From: Octopus sinensis
Taxonomy: Eukaryota
Length of the DNA: 64,000 bases
NCBI RefSeq assembly: GCF_006345805.1
Contig: NC_042998.1
Coordinates: 186,124,001-186,188,000, forward strand
Direction of reading: 5' to 3'
The translations under genes were made by a program, and so were the position numbers. How positions within the stretch are numbered: position 1 is the first letter of the stretch; every line of letters begins with the position of its first letter. The notes under the pieces were generated by a model that was not told where the DNA came from, searched no databases, and saw nothing but the letters and a program-made list of their open reading frames with translations. Positions 13,303-26,336 of the stretch are shown piece after piece.

Positions 13303-13809
13303 GAGTGAGAGAGCAGTGCATGCATTCAGAGTGACGCTGAGGCACAAATATATGAAGCCCAATATACCCTTCATGATTACCTGCCTGATAAGGGTACACC
13401 ATCACATGCATCACAACCATTTGTGTCTGACATGGTGATCTCACATCGAGATAAACAGCACTTGACCTTGAAGGTGGGGCCCAGTTAGAATTTTCTTCAG
13501 ACTTAATAGCTCATCCCACACAAAAAGTCCGTAAAAAAAGGATTGTTGAAGGACGTTGAACAAAACACCCATGTTTCAAACCCCAAAGAATCCCTCTTAA
13601 CACATGGCTATGATGCTCCCCACTACTTCTGCTCATGATCAGAGGTGCACATATCACCAGCCACGAAGGGACATGCTCAACTGGTTGGAGTCAAACAACT
13701 GACAGGCAAATCTGTGGTATTGAGCAGAATATTTACTGTAGCTCATCTTTTGCACCAAGATAAAACCTGTACATGATAACACTTCCAATCATTTAAGATC
13801 AAAAACCAT
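13303..13809 (-). mobile_element. About 0.5 kb (TAA)n-tailed retroposon, copy 1
   Basis: Homologous over its full length to 13895-14418 and flanked by (ATT)n. Confidence 0.7.
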
Positions 13810-13810
13810 G

Positions 13811-13855
<45 letters not shown>

Positions 13856-13894
13856 ATTGTTATTATTGTTATTATTATTATTATTATTATTATT

Positions 13895-14418
13895 GAGTGA
13901 GAGAGCAGTGCATGCCATCAAAGTGACACTGGGGTAAAATATACGAAGCCCAATATACCCATCATGACTACCCGTCTGATAAAGGTACACCAGGCACATG
14001 CATCACAACCATATGTGCGCGACATGGTGATCTCATATCAAGATAAACAGCACATGACCTTGCAGGTGGGGCCCAGTTAGAATTTTCTTCAGGTTGAGTA
14101 GCCCATCCTTCTCAAACGGTCCCTGAATAAGGGTTGCTTTAGGATGTTGAACGAAACACCTATGTTTCCAGAGGTGAACCATTCAAACTCCAAAGAATCC
14201 CTCTCAACACATGGCCATGATGCTCCCCCACTACTTCTGCTCGTGATCAGAGATGCACATATCGTCAGCCACTAAGGGACATGCTCAACTGGTTAAGGTC
14301 AAACAACTGACAAGCAAATCTGTGGTATTGAGCAGAATATTTGCTGTAGCCCATCTTTTATACCAAGACAAAACAATGTACATGATAACACTTCCAATCA
14401 GTTAAGATCAGAAGCCAT
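13895..14418 (-). mobile_element. About 0.5 kb (TAA)n-tailed retroposon, copy 2
   Basis: Same ends as copy 1, 17 bp longer. Confidence 0.7.
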
Positions 14419-14438
14419 TATTATTATTGTTATTATTA

Positions 14439-14469
<31 letters not shown>

Positions 14470-15031
14470 CGTTATTATTACTATTACTATTTTATTAAGG
14501 CAGCGAGTTCTTTGTTAAAATTTTGATAAGGTCGACTTTGCCTTTCATCCTTTTGGGGGTTAATAAAATAAGTACCAGTCAAGTACTGGGGTTGATGTAA
14601 TCAACTTCCTCTCCCCTCAAAAGCTGCTAGCTTTATGCCAAAATTTGAAACTAATTATTATTATTTAGTAGTCTTTTTAGCAAGGTACAAATTATTATTT
14701 GGATTTTCTGTTTTTCTCAAAGCATTTCAGAATGGAAATTTTTATGGCTGATAGACAAACATCAAAGATTGCAATAGCAACATCTTGCTGTTATTATCAG
14801 TTACTCTGTTTCTTCTAGTTTATAGAAATGATATTTACATTGGCAAAAATCTACCTTTACTCTAGTGAAAACAACATTCCATTTTGATACCAACCAGCTC
14901 AAGACCACTCTTGGTTCTATGATACAAACTTCCTGTTTAAAGGGATCTAAAATCTTCATCAAAATATCATGTTAATTTATGTTCCAAACACTATCTTAAT
15001 AAATAAACAAGTTATTTTGCTAAATTCTTCA

Positions 15032-15648
15032 GGCGTGGTTGTGTAGTAAGAAGCTTGCTTCCTAACTACATGGTTCTGGGTTCAGTCCCATTGCATGACG
15101 ACACCTTGGGCAAATGTCTTCTACTATATATTTCTTTATTGCCCACAAGGGGCTAAACATAGAGGGGACAAACAAAGACAGACAAAGGGATTAAATAGAT
15201 TACATCGACCCCAGTGCAAAACTGGTACTTTATTTATCGACCCCGAAAAGATGAAAGGCACAGTCGACCTCGGTAGAATTTGAACTCAGAACGTAACGAC
15301 AGACGAAATACCGCTAAGCACTTCGCCCGGCGCGCTAACGTGTCTGCCAGCTCGCTGCCTTAGAATGTCTTCTACTATAGCCTCAGGCCAACCAAAGCCT
15401 TGTCAGTAGATTTGATAGATTTGTATATATATATATATATATATATATATTGTATGTCTTTATGTCTGTGTTTGTTCCCCCACCATTGCTTGACAACTGG
15501 TGTAGGTGTGTTTACTTTCCTACAACTTAGTGGTTTGGCAAAAGAGACCGATAGAATAAGTACTAGGATTAAAAAAAAGTAAGTCCTAGAGTTGATTTGT
15601 CCAGCATGGCCACAGTGTAATGATTGAAACAAGTAAAAGATAAAAGAT
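15032..15648 (+). mobile_element. tRNA/CORE-like SINE family B interrupted by a family A SINE
   Basis: Head ggcgtggttgtgtagtaagaagcttgc..caccttgggcaa; insert at 15129-15363 flanked by the 16 bp TSD aatgtcttctactata. Confidence 0.85.
15129..15363 (-). mobile_element. SINE family A monomer
   Basis: TSD at 15113-15128 and 15364-15379. Confidence 0.9.
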
Positions 15649-16485
15649 TATTTTAAAAATTGCTTGAAACAAAGATCGTGTAGTTTAACAGAAATATACC
15701 AACCAAAGGGTTAAAATTTCATAATGATATTATAATGGTTGCTAAATCTTCAAAACATACACTCAGTGCTACCATACACATAATCCCCAATGAAAGAGTT
15801 CATTTGAAACATCAAAGTTCTCATCTTGCCACCACAGCATACAGAGTTATTTATATTTGTGAACTTCAAATGACAAGCCTTTTGTAGACAGAAAGATATT
15901 TGTTTCTCAAAAGTTGTAGCCAATCTAAAAAAAATGTTTAAAAAACTCTTTTAAGAACTCATTTATATGGTATAAAAGAATTGATTTAGGAGTATTGTGT
16001 TGTTATGTTAGATGGAAATCTAGCTGAAATAAGGCTACCCAGAAAATTCAAGATGTCCCTTCAGGATGGGTGAGACTTGAAATTGGTGTTATCTCCAATG
16101 AGATAGGGTTGAATGAAATTTACTGTGATACAACACTTACATTTGGAAAGGGTCATGTTTCAAGATACCTGAAGATTCCTTGTAGATAGATGTTTTTACC
16201 ACTTCTATAAAGTTCACAAAACTGCTAAAATATAATTACTACTTCAAAAAAAAAGCAATTGATGTGGAAGAACCTTTATTAAGTGATATTTCACTAGGAA
16301 AAGAAACCAGAAGAGGATGTAGATTGAGAAGAGTGCAGTTTATTGCATATAATTGTTCTTGCAACAGTGCAGAAAGGCCAAGATTCAGGTGAAATCATAA
16401 AAGCAATATCAAAATGAAAGAGAGCACAACCCTGGGGAAGATGACTGATACAAATACAAGTTGTTAATGTAGCTGTATTTATTTT

Positions 16486-16886
16486 CGCGGCGAGCTGGCA
16501 GAAACGTTAATGCGCTGGGAAAAATGCTTAGTGGTATTTTGTTTGCCGCTATGTTCTGAGTTCAAATTCCGCCGAGGTCGACTTAGCCTTTCATCCTTTC
16601 GGCACCGATTAAATAAATATCAGTTACGCACTGGGGTTGATGTAATCGACTTAATTCGTCTGTCTGTCCTTGTTTGTCTCCTCTGTGTTTAGCCCTTTGT
16701 GGGTAGTAAAGAAATAGGTATTTCAGCTGTCTTTATGCTCTGAGTTCAAATTCTACCGAGGTCGACTTTGCCTTTCATCCTTTTGGGGTTGATCAGATAA
16801 GTACCAGTTACACACTGAGGTCGATGTAATCGACTTAATCCATTTGTATGTCCTTGTTTGTCCACTCTGTGGGTAGTAACGAAATA
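16486..16886 (+). mobile_element. SINE family A dimer
   Basis: 12 bp TSD tgtatttatttt at 16474-16485 and 16887-16898. Confidence 0.88.
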
Positions 16887-17623
16887 TGTATTTATTTTTG
16901 CTGAGATTCTTTGTGTTCTTGATGTGAACCAAATTTAGAGAATTGGTCATTAACAGCAATTCAATAACAGGTGACTGACAAAGCTCCTTATTTAATGTAG
17001 TTATAGCATGAAAATAAAACATTATTTGGCAAACATTATCAGGTCAAATCTGTAATGATTAGGTGTCCCATGAGACCAAAACCATTTTTGAGGAGGCCTG
17101 AAATTACTGTTCAGGAATAGCAGCTGAAACTAATGACTTCGATGTCAGAATTGGAACTGCCCATCGAGCTGCTGACTATGTAGCAGGAAAATGTTCCACT
17201 ACTTATAGAAATGTCTTTTGATCAATGAAGTTGTATAAGAATTGTTCATTACATCTCTCCCACTCCTTTTTTAAAAATGTGTTTTAATCAGATTGCATTT
17301 TATATTCACGTGCAGTTTGGATATAAAAGCTTGTTACCATGGTGTCTATATTTTCTGTAATTTTCTCCAAGACCTAGGAAGTTCTTGACATATTTTGCAA
17401 CAGTTTTTACAGCGATTATGGCTTCATTAACTTCATAACACTCTTTTGGTTCCACATTCCAAGAGTCCTCGCCACCACTACCATCATCATCATCATCATC
17501 ATCATCATTGTTGTTGTTGTTATTGTCCTTTGTTTTCATGTCGTCAATATTATCAACATTTTAACATGAGCTTTTCTCTAAAGTTATATGTCCCTGTACT
17601 AGTCATGTAAATAGAAGCCAATT

Positions 17624-17667
<44 letters not shown>

Positions 17668-18614
17668 GTGCGTTGTTAATGTAGGATTGAATAGTGAATA
17701 TGTGTTTTAAACAATTAAAGAGTTTATAACAGAGGGTAATAAAAACATGAGAATGTGATAACCCAATTATCTCGCATTTTTACTGTTTCACATATACTCT
17801 TTATATCTACATGTTAACCCTTGTTTAAAAAATAGAAACACAAATATATAAGAGGTAGAGAGAGAGAGAGAGAGAGAGAGAAAGAGTGAAAGAGAGAGAG
17901 AGAGAGAGAGAGAGACGAAGAGTGAAAGAGAGAGCATTTTTGGTCTGTTGCACTAAGTTTCATTGTTGTGTGAAACTTAAACTTGAGTCAATAGGGATCT
18001 TTAACTAGTATATCTTTATAAGTATATGAAGGTGTGTGGCTTAGTGGTTAGGATACTTGGCTCATGATCATAAGGTTCTGAGTTCAATTCCTGGCAGCAC
18101 GTTGTGTCCTTGAACAAAACACTTTGTTTCATGTTGCTCCATTCCACTCCGATGGCAAAAGTAAGTTGTATCTGTAATTCAAAGAGCCAGCCTTGTCGCT
18201 CTCTGTGTTACACTGAATTTTCTTGAGAACTATATGAAGAGTACACGAGACTGTGAAGTGTCTAACCACTTGTAGATTAATTTCACAAGCAGGCTGTTTC
18301 ATTGATCAGATCAACTAGAACTCTCATTGTTGTAATCACTAGAGTGTAAGTTATTTAAAAATATACCCCACTCCACACAATGTTATGTTTCCCAACAGGC
18401 TATCAAGATTAAATAGGACGTTTGATAAAATACATACTCACTTAAATACATGCAAGAAATCACCAAACTACTTCAGCTTTTTAGCCAATATCATCCTGGG
18501 AAAAGTAAACAAAACAATGCTGTTGTTTTCAATCTTTTTAATATATGATATATTGGCACACTGAATAAGATATTAGCACTGTTATGGAACATGATAAAAA
18601 GTTAATTTTATATA

Positions 18615-18778
18615 GGCGCAGGAGTGGCTGTGTGGTAAGTAGCTTGTTTACCGACCACATAGTTCCGGGTTCAGTCCCACTGCGCGGCACCTTGGGCAAG
18701 TGTCTTCTACTATAGCCTCGGGCCGACCAATGCCTTGTGAGTGGATTTGGTAGACGGAAACTGAAAAGAAGCCCGTCG

Positions 18779-18809
<31 letters not shown>

Positions 18810-19009
18810 TTGTGTGTCTGTGTTTGTCCCCCTAGCATTGCTTGACAACCGATGCTGGTGTGTTTACGTCCCCGTCACTTAGCGGTTCGGCAAAAGAGAC
18901 CGATAGAATAAGTACTGGGCTTACAAAGAATAAGTCCTGGGGTCGATTTGCTCGACTAAAGGTGGTGCTCCAGCATGGCCGCAGTCAAATGACTGAAACA
19001 AGTAAAAGA

Positions 19010-19010
<1 letters not shown>
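18615..19010 (+). mobile_element. SINE family B, full length
   Basis: ggcgcaggagtggctgtgtggtaag head, internal (TA)(TG) tract, tail gactgaaacaagtaaaagag. Confidence 0.9.
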
Positions 19011-19049
<39 letters not shown>

Positions 19050-19143
19050 TAGAAAAAAAAACACCTTTTATCAATTCAAAATGAAAAATTAAATTACACC
19101 ATCTAGAAATTTTCCCTGTAAGTTTGGAATAATATTCCCTCAA

Positions 19144-19199
<56 letters not shown>

Positions 19200-20760
19200 C
19201 AGGGTGCAATGGGTAAATTGTCACCATTTTATATTTTTAATTTCGTGTATGTGCATTGTTTGTTTTTGATTTTGTTGACTACACAGTATAGTAGGGTCAG
19301 TTGGGTACCATCTGTGAGAAAAACTGCACCATGATGCAATTCACTCTGCCACAAATTTGGAAACGACATGCTGTACTGGTTGGCTCCAATATGTGTTTAG
19401 GTGTTGATCTGAGGACAGTGCAGAGGATTCAGAAAGAGTTGAATGAGTCTAATGGTGATTACAAAGATACGGCAGCTCAGAAAACTCACTCTGATCATTC
19501 TGATAAGAAAAGAACTTCTGAATTTGTTAGTGAGATCCAGGCCATGATTGACAATGATCCCCCCAAGTCAGTTATTTTCATCGACAGGGACATGGGAGTG
19601 TCTGAGTTTCTTATCAGTCAGATAGTGCATGAAGACAATTGATATTCCACATACAAGATGGGAAAGGACCAATTTTTATCCCATGCCATCAAGGACTAGA
19701 AGAAAGACCATGCTATGAAACTTTTAAACAAACTTAAGCATCCCCTTCAACTGAACCTTCTTTGGTTTTTCACAGACGAGAAAAATTTCTGCCAGTGGCA
19801 CGTAAGAGAACCATCTGAACTTGGCCGTAGCCAGCCCCGCCCTGACTGGCCTCCGTGCCGGTGGCACGTAAAAAGCACCATCCGATCGTGGGCGTTTGCC
19901 AGCCTCATCTGGCACATAAAAAGCACCCACTACACTCACGGAGTGGTTGGCGTTAGGAAGGGCATCCAGCTGTAGAAATACTGCCAGATCAGACTGGGCC
20001 TGGTGCAGCCTTCTGGCTTCCCAGACCCCAGTTGAACCGTCCAACCTATGCTAGCATGGAAAGCGGACGTTAAACGATGATGATGATGATGATGATCAAA
20101 TGGTGAACACACAGAACAAACATTGACTTGGTGTATCCCCAAAACATGTACCAAGAGTGATCAAAATCAAACATCCAATCAACATCATGTTTGGAGTAAT
20201 CACTAGTAATGGCGACATTAAGCCTCCATTGATCTTCCCACACAGCCTCAGACTCAACATGGAGACATACATCAAGTGCCTGGAGGAGGTAGTGCTGCCC
20301 TGGGTCAAGTGGGTGGCTGCTGGAAGACCCTTTGTCTGGCTACAGGACTCTGCACCATGCCACACAAGCAGGAGAATCCAGTCATGACTGTCAGACAATT
20401 TCTGCAACCACATCACCTCTAACATCTGGCCACCTAACTCCTCAGAATGCAACCCCCTTGATTATTATGTGTGGGGCGCAGTTGAGCAAAAGGCCAACAA
20501 AACTCCTTGTAACACCAAAGATGAACTGATTATGGCAGCATTCACCAACTTAAACAAGGAGACCATCCAGAGTTGCAGGAGCTTCCGAAGTCATCTGGAG
20601 GCTGTGGTTGAAGCCAATGACAATTTTATTGGATAAATTTACTCTTTGGTATTTCAAGATATTTTTTTTGTAGTTTTGGTAAATATATCTGTTAAAATGA
20701 AATGTCGGTGTTATTTTCCTTTTTGCATAATTTAGATGACAGTTTATTCACTGCACCCTG
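19200..20760 (+). mobile_element. Full-length Tc1/mariner-superfamily DD37D (maT-type) transposon, degenerate, interrupted by an RTE 3' end
   Basis: TA|CAGGGTGCAATGGGTAAATTGTCAC ... gatgacagtttattcactgcaccCTG|TA. Motifs FFTDEKNF, WLQDSAPCHTS and WPPNSSECNPLDYYVWG, with 37 residues between the last two Asp. Stops and frameshifts present. Confidence 0.92.
19796..20096 (+). mobile_element. RTE LINE 3' end nested in the maT transposase
   Basis: Splits DEKNFCQ|DQMVNTQN; the (GAT)n tail merges into the gat codon. Confidence 0.88.
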
Positions 20761-20776
20761 TATGTGTGTGTGTATG

Positions 20777-20815
<39 letters not shown>

Positions 20816-22014
20816 ACTATCTGTGCACTCTCCTTTCTCAAAAAAACCATTTTCTCTTTCTTTTTCCACTTCCAGTCACTTAAGCAATCTAACTACACAT
20901 GCACTGTTGACAATTTCTTTTCCTTCTTCGGACATTTCCCTTTCTCTTTCCAACAAAGAGCCATGCTCGGAATGTCAAAAGCTCTTTTTTTTTTTTCTGA
21001 GCGTCAAACTAATACATTCCTTGTGCACATCATCTTGTTTGTATTGTTAATTTCATTTTCCCTTTATTTGAATTGACAATATATATCTATCTATATATAA
21101 AGAAACAAGTTTTAGAATTGCCTTCAAACAGATGGGTGTATACATTGCTTGCATTAAGTTGTAAAGGGTTACATATGCATCAGTGTGAAGCATTAAAATA
21201 CAATGTGCAACTTGCATTAATGTAAAGTTTGATTGCACTTAAAATTTTGTGCATAAACTACAGAGATGAGGTTGTGAAATTGCAAACATTTTTAGTAATA
21301 TAGGGATAGGTTTAATGCACTGAGGGTGTTGTCATCTCAGGGTAATTTTAATTATTGTGCATTTAACATTTTCTGCTCTATAAAATAGCCTTAAAATATG
21401 TCATTATCATCATCATCATTGTTTAACATCCGTTTTCCGTGCTAGCACAGGTTGGATGGTTCGACCGGGGTCTGGGAAGCCAGGAGGCTGCCCCACATTC
21501 CAGTCTGATCTGGCTGTGTTTATGATATTACAAACTATAACTAATAAGGAATGCAGAAGCTACACATTAATATCTTCTGTTTATTTATAACTGTAACTAT
21601 GAACAAATGAAAAGTATAATATTATAATATTAGTGGGAAATCTGTTTGTCAATGTCTTACCATGGCTCCTTTTTGAAGATGAATGGTGATTAAGCTTATT
21701 TTAGATGCAACCTGTTCTTCTTTTTAACCATATTTGTAACACAAAAAAAGAACTTCACAAAGATATCAAGTTGAGAAAAAAAGGACTTCTTTAAATGCTG
21801 CCATTTAGAATATAGAGTATTCTTGACTGAGAGACAACTAGAATGGCATTATGTCTTGTGATGAGTGTTACAGTTTCATTCCTCTATCTTTTCTGATTTC
21901 TGTCACCTCTTCTTCTGAAGCAATAAGTTTTATTGAGTTGAAGGCATCAAGGGAAGATACATCAAGTGACAGAAAATACTTTCCAACTCAGCAGTGACAA
22001 ATATTACTATATAG

Positions 22015-22458
22015 ATAGAGAACAAAGTTAAAATATTACGGAGATGTACTTGCATAGCAAGTGACCTGATCTGAGATCGTGTGCTGGAACAAAAACAATT
22101 GCAGCGTGGAAGGTGTTTATATGCCAGGTTTTTTTACCGATTTGCAAGATTTTATCAGTTCAGATATTTCAACTTTGCAGTGTGGAAGGTGTTTAAAAGC
22201 CATTTAAGAAACACACAAAAACCGTTAGATTCACTTCCATGGAATTTTGTCAGTGAACAGGTTGCAGTCTTAAAGCGATGAAAATATTTTGGCAAATTAA
22301 ATTTAAATGTTGAAGTGAATCTAATGGTTTTTGTGTGTTTCTTAAATGGCATATAAACACCTTCCACGCTGCAATTGTTTTCGTTCCAGCACACGATCTC
22401 AGATCAGGTCACTTGCTATGCAAGTACATCTCCGTAATATTTTAACTTTGTTCTCTAT
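22015..22458. mobile_element. MITE/foldback with 112 bp near-perfect inverted arms
   Basis: 22015-22126 versus 22347-22458, one mismatch seen; TA immediately outside GAGAAC..GTTCTC. Confidence 0.88.
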
Positions 22459-23211
22459 TTATATTCTGGTTCTCTACAGTGTTAATTTTTACTTACGAGT
22501 TAATTTTGTCAGTACACGGGATAATGTTTTCATTCTTTCTCTTCATAGTCTTGTTATATATGTTTAATTCTTGGAAAATGTCAGCTAAGAATGCAACTTC
22601 CATGTCTCATTAAGGAACAGTACTAACAGAATATCTTTTTAGACAGGAAGAAAGTAGAGCTTCTTCTTTCAGTACACAAAGCCTTAAAAACACTTTCCCT
22701 AAAGACAAGCATCTCACTTCTGTGTGCACTAGATGATGTGTGTGCAGCAATCACAGAAGAACAGCCTGTGGACAACAATCTTGAATTTAATGGTCTACTT
22801 TTGATATAATTACATTCTAACAGTTGCAGCCTGTACTGTTTTGTGTTCAGAGTTAATGATTTTGAAATGAAGGTTTCCCTGTGGAAGAAACAAACTGCAG
22901 AGTTCTTTTGCTTCATCAGTGTTGAAAATTCTCTTAATTTTATTTTCATAGATGGAACTCTCTCCAATCAAATTCTGAAGCATGCCTTCATATCTTTGTG
23001 AAGCTGGTACTTTTGCTATAAATATGATTGATTAAGAACAATTATAGGTCACATCTTAAAGGAACTGAAAGGTATGCTTATTCACCATCCATGTTCAAAA
23101 AGAGCTATGGTAAGACATCGACAAACAGATTTTCCACTATCAGAACATATGAACAGATATAACTGATTATTTCAACATGAAAAATATCTTTGCCTTTTAT
23201 TGTTTTGGGAA

Positions 23212-24925
23212 GTCATCATCACCATCATCATTTAACGTCCGTTTTCCATGCTGGCATGGGTTGGACAGTTCAATTGGGGTCCGGGAAACCAGGAGGTTGC
23301 ACCATGCCCCAATCTGATCTGGCAGAGTTTCTACAGCTGGATGCCCTTCCTAACACCAACCACTCTGAGAGTGTAGTGGGTGCTTTTTACGTGCCACCGG
23401 TACAGAGGCCAGAGGAGCTGGCATCGGCCATGATCGGATGGTGCTTTTTACACGCCACCGGCATGGAAGCCAATCAAGATGACACTGGCATTGGCCACAT
23501 TTGGATGGTGCTTTTTATGTGCAACCAGCACGAGGGTCACAACTACAATTTCCATTTGATTGTTATTTGATTTGATTTGATTTTGATATTGATGTTGGTG
23601 TCGATGTACTTGACACAACAGCTCTCCTCAAGCACAGTATGTCACCCTACAATCCAAGGTACTTTTGAGTGGGCTGGTTATGCGATGCTGGCATAGGTTA
23701 CAGCTGTGAAATCACTTTATTTGCCAGGTCTTCTCATTCACAGCATACCTCCAGAGGTCTGTCTTTTGTCATTGCCTCTGTGAGGCCCAACATTTGAAGG
23801 TCACACTTCACCTCATTCCATGTCTTCCTGGGTCTCCCTCTATCTCAGATTCCTTCCACTTATTGGGAGTGGCACTTCTTCACACAGCTCTCCACATTCA
23901 TATGCAGCACATAACCATATCATGCAGCACATGTCCATCCGTAGTACATGACCATACCAATGCAAACGTCTCTCTTGCACGCTACATTCAATGCTTCTTA
24001 TGTCTAACATTTCTCTGTGGGCACTTACACTCTGTCATGTGTGCACACTGATATTACACATCCAGTGGATCATGCTAGCTTCATTTCTTTTGAGCCTACA
24101 CATGTTTCAGCAGTCACGGCACATGTTTCACTGCCATAGACTATGGCAGTTTGCACACATGCATCATATGACCTACCTTTCACTCTGAGCAAGAGGCCCT
24201 TTGTTGCCCATAGGTGTAGATTCTTTCTGAACTTTGCCCAGGTTATTCTTATTCTGGTGGTAATGCTCTTTGAGCATCCACCCCCACTACAGACTTGGTC
24301 ACCTATGTAGCAGAAGCTATCAACTTCTTCTAGTTTCCCTCCCTGGCATGTGATGGAATCTGTTTTCTGAGCATCTGTGGTGTTTATTGCCCCTGTGCAT
24401 CTGCTGCACATGAAAGCTATCTTCTCAGTTAATCTTCCTTTGATGTTGTTGCTCCTCTTATGTGTCCATAGCTTACACTAGGTACGTATTATGGAGATTC
24501 TACCTACATCTTTTCTACAAATCAAGCAGGGCCACCTACCTAAAGGGGTGTGTGATGTGTTCACCTTCCTACTTACTAGAACTTTGGCCATTGCAACATT
24601 GACTGTAAAGCCCTTCGATTCTAAACCTTGCTTCCACACCTGAAATTTCTTCTCTAGTTCTGGTAGTGATTTTGCTATGAGGGCCAGGTCAACAGCATAG
24701 AGGAGCTCCCAGGGGCAACCTGTCTTGAATTCCTCTTTTATTGCCTGGCGGACTATGATGAATAAGAGGGTGCTGATCCTTGGTGGACCCCTACTCCTAC
24801 CCGGAATTCTTTGCTATACACATTACCAATCCTAACTTTACTAACGACATCTCTGTATAGGGCCTGTACAGCCCTTATTAGCCATTCATCAATCCCCAGT
24901 TTCCACATCGCCCACCAAATAAGGA
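23212..24925 (-). mobile_element. 5'-truncated RTE-clade LINE (degenerate RT, C-terminus, 3' UTR)
   Basis: Minus strand gives MWKLGIDEWLIRAVQALY..VGVGVHQGS..LLYAVDLAL (YADD decayed)..EEVDSFCYIG..YGSET..RRLHWYGHV..RGRPRKTW, then a UTR and (TGA)n tail. Confidence 0.93.
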
Positions 24926-26117
24926 AACTTTGAATATGAAAAAAAAAATGTTTTTTCATATCTTTATATCAAAACACACTAAATACCAGGAGCTAAACTT
25001 TTGTTATGTCAGTTATCCATCTGAATAGAAAAACAAAAATGTGGATTCTATAATACTAGCAATCACTTTTAATTTAGTGCCTTCAGACATAACTTTATGC
25101 ATTGGCTAATATGTGTTATCTGATATAGGAAAGGCAAACTATTTTTTATATTCATCCTCAAAGCAGAATATTCACAATTTTTACAACATAACATTGTTGA
25201 CTCAGCAACTGTGTGAAAGTTTAACTTTTTTTGCAACAACATACTTGCTTCTTGAATTTTTTCAGAAATAATAATGGTCTTGATAAATTATTTAGATTGG
25301 TATATTTGATCAGTTATTTAGAGCCTTCTAAATTATTGAACAGATTTATTACATCAATAGAGAAACTGTATTAAGGTGTCTTTTTGGTTTCCATACAAAG
25401 CTCTTGTTTTGCCAATTTCTCACCAGAAAGTTATGTAGGATGTGGCTGCAGTTCTGTTAATATAATACCATACAACAAATAATTTTAGGAGCAATACCAT
25501 GAGTACTATGCATGGTAAACAGAACAAAATTTCATTGCATAGTAAACAGAATAGAGTTTCATTCTAACAAAGGAAATATGAAAACAAGCCCTACTATACA
25601 CTGAGTTGTTGAAGACATCTAGTCTTGGGTGAGCCAGAATGAGTGAGAAGGGAGAGGAAGTTTATAGAAAGGGAACATAATGAACTACAAGCTGGCTGTT
25701 GGCTGGAATCAGAATGAAGAAGTAATACAAGAGAAACAAACAAGTGATCCACTTCGGAGAAATAGAAATAATCTATAGTGTATTACAACGTCTTCTCTTC
25801 ATCCTGTCTTTATTCAGCTCAAAATATTAACATTAACATTTTCTATTCAAAATGAATAAACAATTGCTTTTCAAACATAAACATTTCTTTGATCTTTATT
25901 GCATATAAGCTGGAAACATGATAATGATAGATTATGCAATGGTAGTATATGCAATAGGCTTTATTTGGTCTTATGACACCAACAGTATGGCATTTTAAAA
26001 TTTATTTGATAGATTATTTGTAATTTGAATTGGCCTAGCATTTGTTGTTTAACCTTGAATCAGCACTGATCAAGGAGTTCAAGGATCAAAGCTATTCCGT
26101 CTATTGATTCATATATA

Positions 26118-26336
26118 TATTTCTTTATTGCCCACAAGGGGCTAAACATAGAGGGGACAAACAAGGACAGACAAAAGGATTAAGTTGATTACATCGACCC
26201 CAGTGCAAAACTGGTACTTCATTTATCAATCCCGAAAGGATGAAAGGCAAAGTCGACTTTGGCAGAATTTGAGCTCAGAACATTAAGACAGATGAAATAC
26301 CGCTAAGCATTTTGCCCATGTCTGCCAGCTCACTGC
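26118..26336 (-). mobile_element. SINE family A monomer
   Basis: 17 bp TSD ctattgattcatatata at 26101-26117 and 26337-26353. Confidence 0.9.

Noticed and set aside
17306-17539. Minus-strand ORF with an acidic tract and EAIIAVKTVAKY resembling a pogo/Tigger C-terminus
   Set aside because: The acidic part is a (CAT)n microsatellite and the rest is too short to support a call.
22623-22967. Protein-like ORF and GC-shifted stretch
   Set aside because: No recognisable motif or splice context; possibly a decayed TE but unsupported.
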